From Neophaeotheca triangularis (Eukaryota), in assembly GCA_054600435.1 (NCBI GenBank), contig BAAIJX010000006.1:310001-374000 (forward strand): a stretch of 64,000 bases of DNA, given 5' to 3'. The notes under the pieces were generated by a model. The model did not search any database. It was not told the origin of the DNA and saw only the letters and a program-made list of their open reading frames with translations. Of the stretch, positions 38,606 through 48,709 are shown one piece after another. Made by a program: the position numbers and the translations under genes. Every line of letters starts with the position of its first letter. The stretch's first letter is position 1.

Positions 38606-39150
38606 GACCTCGTCTCCCTGGTCGGGTGTGGGGTGGGGGTGTGCATGCGGTGTTGTATATAAGGTTTGCGTGGCAGGGCGAGTCGTCCAGTATAATGGAT
38701 TTAGTGGATAAAGGTGTAGTGTCAATGAATGTGTTTGTGGATGCCGCGAGTGTTTGTCGCTGCCGTGTTCAGGAGCGTCCAAGGACGTGTAACTACTATG
38801 TATGTACTTACTACCCGCGGTTCCATCCATGCTTGGACGTTCTTTTTCCTTGATCGCCCTGGGATTTACCTGCTTACGCCGCCTCATCTCACAACCCGCT
38901 AGGTCGATCGAGCCAGCCTGGGCAAATGAAGAATAAGCGATTGTCTTGTACTGATGATCATTCTATATCGACAAAACATCACTGTCGACACTCACGAGAC
39001 TGCGATGATGATGAAATCACGTCGGATTCAGCGTATCGTTATAAAAAGACGTCCCAAAAAGTCCAAACATTTACAACAAAAAGCTCGGGTATCTACCATA
39101 ACGATATACAAACACCCAAACGCCCTTCCACACCATTCTCCTCCCCACCA

Positions 39151-41565
39151 CTAAAACTTCTCCATCAAATTCCTCCTCACAGTCCACATCCTCGCCCTCT
39201 TCCCATAAACATACATGGGCACAGTCGTCAACAACAAAGCAATGTGAATTCCCCCAATCGCAACAAAAGTATCCCTCGACCCCTCACTCTCAAGCCAATG
39301 GTTGAAAAACAGCGAAAAAACCAAGCCATGCAGCACATTCTTGCTAAAATTGAGCGTCACGAGCGCCTCGCCGGCGTACTGACGGTACGAGTCGACGGCA
39401 AAAGTTATGGCTGTCGTGGAACCGAGCGAGCAGCCAAAGGAGATGAAACCGAAAAATACCGTCGGCACGATCCAGTTGTCGTGGGCTTCGGCGCTCCAGC
39501 CAAAGGCCATGAGCCCGATGGTGGTGAAGAGGGCGACGGGGATGGCCATGACGAGCCGGAATTCCGGCTCGTAGACGCCGCCGTTGCGGCGGGACATCCA
39601 GCGCACGATTAGGTCCGAGAGCTTGCCCGCGACTGCGGTGCCCAGGACGCCGCCGATGAAAGGGGAGATGTAGACGAGACCTGTTTGAAGGGGGGTAAAA
39701 TTGTAGCTGTCTGGGTCTTGGTATATGTGCGCAACGGATTCCGAGAGCACGATTAGCCAGCCTACGCTTAGGGAGTAGACGAGTCCGCTCCATAGGATTG
39801 AGGGGTAAGCGAAGAGGATAAACGGTCGTAGGCAGACGCGGTGCCAGGAGACTTTGCACAGGCGGCCGGAAAAGGGGCGGAGTTGCTCGAGGAAGGTCTT
39901 GGGTGGAGCTGTCGTGTAGTGCGATGTGTACGGATTGGGGGTTGCGAGAGGGGTGTGTGCGCCTGCCTCAAGAGAGTTGGTGCGTGAAACTGGAGTTGCA
40001 GAGCCCGTGTGGGAGGGCTTTTGTGTTGCGTTTGCAAAGTAATCGTGCACTGCGGCGCGTGCGTTGTCTGTTTGAGAGTCGGCTAGAGGCTGGCTTGATG
40101 CTGGTTCAGCTGGAACTGCTTCATCAGTCGTTGTTGGTAGATTGGGTTCCGGCGTGGAGACTTTGCGGTGGGGCTCGCTGTCCATAGCTAGCGTGGACGC
40201 TTTCTCGTTCTCCTCGTCAGTATCATTCTCCGGTCCAAAGTGAGCATGACGTTGAGCTCGGCGCTCGGCTATCGTCTTTATCTGGTCTGTCCCTGCCTTT
40301 TCGCCTTCTTCACCGGGCTTGGGCGTCCTGGGGGTGCCTTCTTTTGCAGAAGTAGGATGAAAGAGATTGAACGTCGATTTTGACAATCTTCTGCCATGCC
40401 TGTGAGACTTGTGAGGTCGTGGTGCTCGATCCCAGAATCTGCAGCAAAAAGTCAGCCATGCTCAAACCTGGAGGAAATCCTTTGAGGGGACCACTCACGT
40501 CTCAGGCACGAACACAAAAAGCAAACATCCAGCAAACCCAACCACCATGGCCAAGATCCAAAACACCCACCTCCATCCCAAGCTCTGCACAATCGCCGCA
40601 CTGACCAAGGGCACCAAATTCTTCCCTCCCAACAGCAAAAGCGTGTATATACCCAACCTGTAAGCCTTCTCATGCAAGAAGAATATCTCAGCAATCGTAG
40701 CCGAAGGCAGTGCCTCCACACTGCTGACCGCCATACCTTGCACTATACGCGCGATCAAGAGGCTGGCGTACGTGGGACTGAGAGCGCACCATACGGAAGA
40801 CAAGATGAAGACGACTGCCGAGGCGAGATAGACGGGGCGCTTTCCGTAGAGGATTGCGGTGGGCGACAGCAGCACGCAACCAATGCCTTGTCCCAGCATG
40901 TACAGGCCTACCGTCAAAGCAACTTGGGGGACTGTCACATCGTAGGTTTCGGCGACGTCTTCGAATCCGGCCGCCAGGATGGGCGTCACACCGCCACCAA
41001 TCATGCAGTAGATGCCCAAACTCAGCAGTGCGAGGTCGCGGCGCCATACTGCCCAGTTGAGAGGGTCGTTGGGAGTCTCGTCTGGTTGGGGTTCGAGGAT
41101 GATGCGGCCGTCTTTGGTGAGTTTCTTCTCTGGAACAGGAGCTCGACGGCGGTGGGAACCGATGGAGCCGGAACGAGAGGGTGGTGGATAGGGGGAGTGG
41201 ATGGAGGAGACGGAGTTGCGGGCCGGCGCATTGCGCAGACCCAAGGGTTCGTTGAACTCGCTGACCTTGCTGAGGAGGAGGATGCTACCAGGCACCTCAT
41301 CGGTCTCGGGGTCGTTGAGCATGCCCATGGACCACTTGGGTTTGGATTGGCGTTGGTTTACGTCGTCCGGCAAGTCGCCACTATTGTTGGAGGCTTGATT
41401 GTTATCAGCTCCCCGTCGGCCTAGTATATTCTTCCATCCTACTCGTCTTTTCTCTTTTGCTTCCTGCAGCTGCACGTCTTCAGTGACAAGGGGTGGAGCA
41501 GACGGCCTCGAGGCGTCCTCGGCGTGTGTATCATCGTGGGGGGGCATTTGAGCGTTGCCCGTCAT
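39151..41565 (-). CDS. MFS transporter (DHA1/HOL1-like)
   Basis: PQPDETPNDPLNW, YGKRPVYL, IAEIFFLHEKAYRLG, GWRWVFW, VPETFWDR (across intron 40439-40498) and GVYEPEFRL. Confidence 0.88.
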
Positions 41566-42795
41566 GGTGTATCGTGTTGGTACTTAGATTGTTCACAATA
41601 CAATAAGCAAATGCAGAGCGACTATGCGTGAGATGACAGCAAAGATTGCGAGGCTGGCGGCATGCTAAATAGAAGTGGCGGCCCGTCCAAGTGGAATGCA
41701 AGGGAAAGGAAAGCTCTCAAATCTTCGGAATGGTAGATATGATTCAAAGATGGTAGTGTAGTCGGGGCTGGCGGGTGTAGAAGAGTGTCTAAATGTCAGC
41801 GAACCAGTGCCCTGTCCTGTGGATGGGGGTGGAGGTCAGCAGGAAGGCGGATGGGGCGACGACAAGCTCCCTGTGGGCCACGCTGATGCTGATGCTGTTG
41901 CTTCTGCTGCTGCTGCTGCTGCTATCATGGTCGTGAGGGCGGATCAGCTGACGGTGATGATGATAAGAAGAGGGATCACGGTCGTCGTCCCAAACACGGC
42001 GGGCGTGCGTCGGCGACGAGTCGTTGTTTGGGATTCATTCGGAAAAGGCTGATGATCCATGTTCGTTGACTTGGCAAGGTCTTGGGTTCCAAGGTTCAAG
42101 GAGGTGTGTGTATCCAAAGCGGAAGACGAGGAGAGTGGAGAGTTCAGGTTGATTGACGCGTGTGGGGGAAGACATGGAAGGGCTAGAACCGGACCGGACT
42201 GGAGTCTCTTATCTCCATATATCTGAACATGGCTTGATTTACATACCTCATACCTCCCGTCCTAAATAATAGTCTTGAATACATAGTATCTTACTGTAGG
42301 TACGCCAACACACCGCCACCCGACCATCAGTATCATCTCAGTCCTTGTGCATCATCCGCTAAACTAATAAACTGTACACATGATGCGCACTACTAGTACT
42401 GTACAGTACGTTATCTCCACATGATACCCTATCCTCTGTACTGTCTGTACCTTATCGTGATATGACTTACCGCCTGTCGCGCCCTTGCCGCCAGTCGTAT
42501 AGTGTATACCCATCTCTCTAAGCATCGTCTACTAGTACATGTGGGTCCGACTCCACGAAACTCCAAGTCGAAGCGTCAAGCAAAACTCCCGACCACACCC
42601 CGATGCAACACGCTACATCTGCATCACCCACTTCCTAGTCAAACCCGAGCACCAAGTATCAAACCTGCCATCGAGTCAACCTTGAAACCAACAAACCCGC
42701 CACACTAAACCAAACCAACCATGCAAAAGCCGTAAACCACAAACTCCAACCCCAACCCCCAACCCCCACCCTCCCCCCCTCCAATCTCCCTAACA

Positions 42796-43938
42796 ATGCA
42801 CTCCATCCCCCCACCCCACCCAAACCTTCCCGCAAACCCCCCTCCCGCCCTCCCAACCCTAGCAACCCTAACCACGCACCTCCAAACCCACCTCCCCTGG
42901 CCCCCTCATCCCCGCGAAGTCCCCTACAACTACCACACCCCCCGTCCCCCGCTCCCCCCCTCAACCCCCATCCCCAAACTCCTCCTCAGCCTCACCCCGA
43001 CCCGGACCCTCTACAAAACCCCCCAAACCACTCGATCTCCAACTCTGATCTTCCTCCACCGCCCCTGGACCCTCGACCGCAAAGCCCTTCCCCAAGCCAC
43101 CACGGTCCTGGCCAGCCACAAAGGCTTCGACGAGCTCTTGACCGTCGGCTGGAATCTCGCGCTCGCTGGGAAGCTAGGAGTGGGAGTTGGGGACGGGGGC
43201 GAGGGGCTTGAGAGCGGTGAAGGGGTGATGGCCGGGAGGGCGGTTTGCGTGAGGGGCTACAAGGGGGAAGCGGGGAGGAGGGTTGGGCTTGTGGGGTTGT
43301 TGGAGGGGGGGAGGGGGGTCGTTGCGCGAGAGGTGCTGGAGAGGGTGAGGGGGGAGTTTGGGGCGTTGGAGGGGGTTTGGGGGTTTGGGCCGCTGGAGGG
43401 GGCTTGGGGGTTTGAGGGTGAGGGACTGGGTTTAGGAGACGATGGGCGTGAGGGTGGCGTGCCGTTGCCTGGTACTGCGTTTCAAGATCACGGCGGCGGG
43501 GCCGACGACCTTGTCAAGGTAGTCGCGGTTATGAACGCTTTTCGCCTCGAAGAGGTCGAGCGGGTTGCTGCCGCCGCTCGCCAGCTTCAAACTCTCGCCA
43601 CTCCTTCGGAGGTATCGTCCGAGGTCAAGTGCACCGAGGTTCTCTACCTCACTGGCGCCGTCCGCGAGCCGGGTTTGGAGGCCGCTCGTGCTAAGGGTAT
43701 GCGCGTTATATGTGTCGGTCATCGGGCGTGCGAGGAATGGGGGATTCGGTATCTAGCGGAGGTGGCTAGGAGGGAGTTTCCTTTGTTGGACGTTGAGGTG
43801 CTTCTTGAGGAGGAGGAGGAGGAGGAACTGAGAGCTAAAGCGGTTAAAGTGCAGGGGGAGAATGCTGGTGATGGGCGGGGATCGAAGAGGAAGGTGGCGA
43901 CGTCCCGAGGCGACGGTGTTGCTGGCGCTGGTATCTGA
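42796..43938 (+). CDS. NIF3/NGG1-interacting-factor-like protein, divergent fungal form
   Basis: FLHRPWTLDR, ASHKGFDELLTVGWN, YLTGAVRE and VGHRACEEWG correspond to NIF3-type metal-binding His/Glu motifs. Confidence 0.72.
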   Translation: MHSIPPPHPNLPANPPPALPTLATLTTHLQTHLPWPPHPREVPYNYHTPRPPLPPSTPIPKLLLSLTPTRTLYKTPQTTRSPTLIFLHRPWTLDRKALPQATTVLASHKGFDELLTVGWNLALAGKLGVGVGDGGEGLESGEGVMAGRAVCVRGYKGEAGRRVGLVGLLEGGRGVVAREVLERVRGEFGALEGVWGFGPLEGAWGFEGEGLGLGDDGREGGVPLPGTAFQDHGGGADDLVKVVAVMNAFRLEEVERVAAAARQLQTLATPSEVSSEVKCTEVLYLTGAVREPGLEAARAKGMRVICVGHRACEEWGIRYLAEVARREFPLLDVEVLLEEEEEEELRAKAVKVQGENAGDGRGSKRKVATSRGDGVAGAGI

Positions 43939-44322
43939 GTTCGAGGGGAAGTGCTGCTCGACTGATAAATTCAACTGGCTTCTATTTCATGTATGCCGAT
44001 TGCGAAAGAAAAGTGGCCATGATAGTAAGCTGTAGCGGCGTGTGCTACTCCTTCCAAGCATGTCAATTGGATCAAGCCACCCAATCGGCCTATTAATCTG
44101 TCTACTGAGGTTTGTACGGAAGCAGCCAGAACAGTCAGGTAGTGAGTCGTACGACAAGGAAGAAACAAGCACAAAAGTTGGCAGAGAATTTGTCAATTGT
44201 GGTGCTACGTAAAAACGTTGCACCTAATGACTATCTACTGCGAATTTCGCACAAAAACAGTTGGTATCGCCCTCCATCGAACTCCTCCACAACGATGTCC
44301 ACCCAGCTACATAAGCAAGCAA

Positions 44323-45885
44323 TCACTTCTGGTGAACAGCAGAGCTGTTACCATTAGTGGCATTGCGAGCAGCATTGGCGGCATCGATGTCGAAACCGCA
44401 AGAAGATTCCGCAGCACCGCAAAAGCCGAAAGAGTCGGGAAGTCCACCTCCCCCTCTAACAGGCTTGGGCGCAGGTGGTGGGGTGAAGACAGCGGGAGAC
44501 CTTCTAGTGGTTCGACCTAGAACTGAAAGAAGTTGAGCTAGCTGTGGATTAGGATTGCGTTTGCTAAGAGCAACATACGTCGAAGTCACGAAGGTCGTGG
44601 CCGTAGGAGTCGTAGCAGCGATGGTGCGGACAATGCCTTCACCCTCGCCGTCGATGCCGGCGCAGGAAGCACCCTTGGCGCCTGGTAGAAGGAGGTTAGC
44701 ATGACGTTTGATCGAATGGTAGAGTGAGGTTGGTGACGTACCGCAGAAGCCGAATGTCGCGACCTGGTCCGCCTCCTTCTTGTCGAGGGGCTTGGGAACA
44801 GCAGCGGTCTGGACGGGGCGTTTGGCGTCGGAGTTGTCGATGCCAGCACCAACGCCGGCGCCGGCGCAGGAGGCACCTGGGGCACCTGTGTTGGATGACG
44901 TTAGAGAGAAGTCTTTGTCTGTGGTAGAGGATGGGTACGTACCGCAGAAGCCGAAACGAGGAGGGAGGGCAGAGCGTGCCTCAGTCAAAGAACGACGGCA
45001 ACGAGCGTCGGTCCAGGCCTTGGTGAAACGGGCGCACCAGCCGTACTGGGGTACAGCGTCGGCGGATCGTTTATCGTTGGCGGACAGGCGGCAACGAGTG
45101 TCGGTCCACGCCCTGGAGAAGCGAGCGCACCAGCCGTATTGAGGTACAGCCTCAGCGGAGCGTGCGTCGATGGACCTGCGGCAACGAGAGTCGGTCCAGG
45201 CCTTGGTGAAGCGGGCGCACCAGCCTTCACCAAACTGAGCCTTGGCCTCAGGAGAGCGCTTGTCGACGACATCCGGGAAAGAGACAGGAGAGCGCTTGAA
45301 GGCCGCAGCTACGTCCTTGGCTTCGAAAAGGGCCTCGGGCTCGGAAACCGGGAGGCAATTCTCGCCAGTCTCGTAGCACTGGTCGGCGCCATCCATGACA
45401 CGGCGGGCGACGAGTGCGGACGTGGTGGCGATGTCCTGGTCGAGTTCGGTGGAACGCTCGCCCTCAAAGGTAGCGGCATGGTCTTCACAAGCCATCTCCG
45501 CATCAAGAGGGGTACGATCACCGGCAAGACCACAGACCTCGTCGAGGCAAGTGGTCAAGAGCTGGTAAAAGTCAGTACAGCTCTTCTGTTGTGAAGTGAG
45601 GTGAAGGAAAGCTACTTACAGAGTAGACCTGAGGGTCTGGGCAGATACAGGCCTTAGTGAGGCCACAGTTGGCGACGTCGCCAACCGTGGTCCAGCAGTG
45701 CTCGACACAGCCTGGCAAGAAAGTTAGTAAGAATGGTTGAGGAGAAGAGGTGAGGTGAGGTGAGGTTATTGCTTACTTGCGACAGCCATGTCGGTGGTGC
45801 TGGCCGCCACACCTGTGAAGGTGGTGACGGCAAGGAGCTGCAACATGGCAAGCATGTGCAACGCCTTGGAGGTGAAGCCCATCAT
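44323..45885 (-). CDS. Secreted CFEM-domain, Kex2-processed repeat peptide precursor (alpha-pheromone-precursor-like polyprotein)
   Basis: Signal peptide MMGFTSKALHMLAMLQLLAVTTFTGVAA; introns 45712-45776, 45562-45619, 44886-44942 and 44682-44741, all GT..CT(A/G)AC..AG. 8-Cys module C-x3-C-x9-C-x5-C-x-C-x12-C-x4-C-x15-C; KR/RR sites followed by X-A/X-P dipeptides; two peptide repeat families. Confidence 0.8.
44990..45261 (-). repeat. Three coding tandem repeats of about 93 bp (GWCARFxxAWTDxRC peptides)
   Basis: Near-identical units such as GGCTGGTGCGCCCGCTTCACCAAGGCCTGGACCGAC on the minus strand. Confidence 0.92.
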
Positions 45886-46474
45886 GGCGCTGATGGTGGA
45901 CTTGGTAGTGTTGGTAATCGGTTGGTATACTAGTGAAGGGTGTTGACAATAGTATGGGCGAAGGAGAGAGTATTGTGTCGTTCGTATTGTCGAAGAGGAA
46001 GAAAGGAAGAGGAACAAAGTTGGAGGGGCGGCCAAAGTTATAGTTGTGAGATTAGGGCGCTCGGACCTGGTTGCGCTGTCATGCAGCCAAGGCTGAGGGC
46101 AGGAAGGTACGGTTAGATGAGGCAGGAGCGGGCCTTGGTGCAGACGCGGCCTGCGGCGGTGACGTCGGTAGGGATGGGCGACGAGGTAGAGGTGAAGGCA
46201 GTGAAGTGAAGTGAAGTGAGGATCGCAGGAAACCACCATAAAGACTTTCTGGGGAAGATACGAGAGTCAGCTATATACGAACAGACAAACAGTCCTACAA
46301 GCAACTACAGCGTTTAGAGTAAAGCATGGCTGATGAGGTATTCGTGAGAAGCTGCGGTCTTGTCGGTGCCGGCAGGGAGTGACACTATTGCTGGGCTTAC
46401 GCCTTCTATCGATTTTGCCCATTGGCCTACAAAACATGTGCTGCGCGAACGCTTCTCGAAAGCTTTTAGTGGTA

Positions 46475-47434
46475 TCAAAAGAACAGCAAGTCAATCCTCT
46501 TGTCATCCGCAGCACCATATCGTTCCTTGAACTCTGGCTTGCTCAGCAAAGTCAAAAGCGGCACCTGGATCTCCTTCATATCGAGTATGCCACGCTTCTT
46601 CTGGTCAATATGCGAAGCATCCACGACAATTCTCTCCAACTTTGAAGCGGAGAGTGCACCTGGTAACGTCAGCAACCTGTCGTTCGGCCACCAATTATAG
46701 TTGGAACTCACCAGCATCCAGCAAATCGAGCAGCCTCTGCGGAGTTCCAACACCAATTCCCATCCTCGTCTTCTTCGCCATCTCTGTAGCCTCCTTCAGC
46801 TTGATATGCTTGGCAAAAAGCTTCGCCACCATCGACTCCTTAGTCTGGTATTGTCGCAGTGCCCTCGTCAAATCTGCGGCGCGAATGCCCGAAGGGGCTA
46901 TAACAAGCGTGTGCGGATGACCCTTCTCCTCGGCCGCGTGGATGAGTTTCTGCTCTCCTTTCTTTTTGCGACGGGGGCCGGCGAACTTTTGCACAAAGTC
47001 GGCGAGATCCTGCGTAGCTCGGGACTTCTCATAGCGGGAGGTGTTGATGATGGCTTTCTCTAAATTCGAGAAGTTAGAGCAAAGTAATGCGGAAGCACGA
47101 AAGAGGTCCTATAAATACCAGGTATGTACAAATCTTCAATTTCCACCATACTAAGATCCGGCAGGTGTCTTCTCGTTCGCTGGGCGACGTGGTCGGCCAT
47201 CAACTTGCTATCCATGTGCGCGATCGCATGGTTGACTCCTGCCTCCACATCCAGTGCCTCATCATCAATATCCTTTGGCTTCTTCGTCTGTTTCTGCTTC
47301 TTCGCAGCTCTTTTGCTCGTTGGCTTCGAATCGTCTTCCCGCTTTCGCTTGGTGGATGTCGTTTCCGGGGAAGGAGATGGGGAGATTTTCTCGATCAGCG
47401 GAACACCGCCTTGCCCGTCTTCTGACTCGGACAT
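46475..47434 (-). CDS. CMS1: Cms1 family 90S pre-ribosome-associated protein
   Basis: GVNHAIAHMD, GHPHTLVIAPSGIRAADLTRAL, AKLFAKHIKL, GVGTPQRL and RIVVDASHIDQKKRGILDM; two introns (about 47060-47118 and 46660-46711). Confidence 0.9.
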
Positions 47435-47671
47435 GTTTGAATATCGCACGAAATGCAAATTGGATGAATTCGTAGTTGGCTGTAAGTTATGTGAGGTAGC
47501 AAAAGTTCACTTCCAGATCTTAGCGCCGATTTATGCGCTCCAATGAGATTGTGCAGAAGTCGGAGGTCTGACTTGCATGAGCGTCTTGGCGACATCATCT
47601 TCCGAACAGGTCGAGCATACGAGCAGACAGTGCATACTACCAACTTCAATTTATCGCCATTGACCAGCATC

Positions 47672-48709
47672 ATGGAACGCACATATCAAGCCGCCAGAGC
47701 GTTTGCTCGACCTAGGTCGACAACACAAACAGCCTCAAACCCGCAATGGACCTGCTCTCGTTGCCTCCACCTCCAACGGCAATCCCGCCAAACACTCCAC
47801 CAAAGACGGCAGCCCAACATCCTCTCCCAAACTTCCCGCCGCCACGCCTCCGACCAACCCGGAGACGCCTCAGGTTTCCGCAGCATTGTCGATAACCCCC
47901 CTACTCCCCTCCGCGCAAACCGCAAACACAACAAACTCGGCTTAGCAATACTAGCAGCAATACCCATAACCTCCTTCTTCCTCGGATGCTGGCAAGTCCA
48001 ACGTCTAGGCTGGAAGACCGACCTCATAGCCCGGTTCGAAGACAGACTGATACGGGACCCTCTCCCCCTGCCACCACAAATCGACCCCACGGCCGTTGGC
48101 GAGTTCGACTACCGCCGAGTCTACGCCAGAGGGATCCTTCGACACGACCAAGAGATGCTCATCGGACCACGCTTACACGACGGCAAAGATGGATACCTAG
48201 TCATCACACCCCTAGACCGCAGCGCCGAGTACCCCGACTTCCCGAAAAGCGAAGCAACCGTGCTCGTCAACCGCGGCTGGATCTCTAAAGAAAAAGCCGC
48301 GCAATCTGCTCGCCCGACCAGCTTACCCACAGGTCCAGTGACGGTGCAAGGTCTCCTTCGCTCGCCGTGGAAGAAGAACATGTTCACGCCTTCCAACTCT
48401 CCGCAACAGAACATCTGGCATTTCCCCGACGTCTACGAAATGGCGGCGCATACGGGCTCGCAGCCTGTGTGGATCGAAGCTACAATGCCTCCAGATCTGT
48501 TGACGGCGTATGACCGCGAGTCAAAGGGGTTACCGATTGGGAGGCCTGCGGAGGTCAATTTGCGGAACAATCATGCGCAGTACATTGCTACGTGGTTTGC
48601 GCTTTCGGCTGCGACGACGGTCATGATGTGGATGATTCTGCGGCAGCCGAGGAGTGGGACGCAGGGTTTGAGGGCTGGTGGCAGGGCTAGGCGGAGTAGG
48701 GAGTGGTAG
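47672..48709 (+). CDS. SHY1: SURF1/Shy1 cytochrome c oxidase assembly factor
   Basis: Arg/Ser/Gln-rich mitochondrial presequence; FLGCWQVQRLGWK, FDYRRV, GYLVITPL, VLVNRGWI and NLRNNHAQYIATWF. Confidence 0.92.
   Translation: MERTYQAARAFARPRSTTQTASNPQWTCSRCLHLQRQSRQTLHQRRQPNILSQTSRRHASDQPGDASGFRSIVDNPPTPLRANRKHNKLGLAILAAIPITSFFLGCWQVQRLGWKTDLIARFEDRLIRDPLPLPPQIDPTAVGEFDYRRVYARGILRHDQEMLIGPRLHDGKDGYLVITPLDRSAEYPDFPKSEATVLVNRGWISKEKAAQSARPTSLPTGPVTVQGLLRSPWKKNMFTPSNSPQQNIWHFPDVYEMAAHTGSQPVWIEATMPPDLLTAYDRESKGLPIGRPAEVNLRNNHAQYIATWFALSAATTVMMWMILRQPRSGTQGLRAGGRARRSREW

Noticed and set aside
44323..45885. Dikaritin/ustiloxin-type RiPP cluster
   Set aside because: No DUF3328/UstYa oxidase, tyrosinase or other tailoring gene is nearby; the neighbours are NIF3-like and CMS1, and the cores look disulfide-closed.
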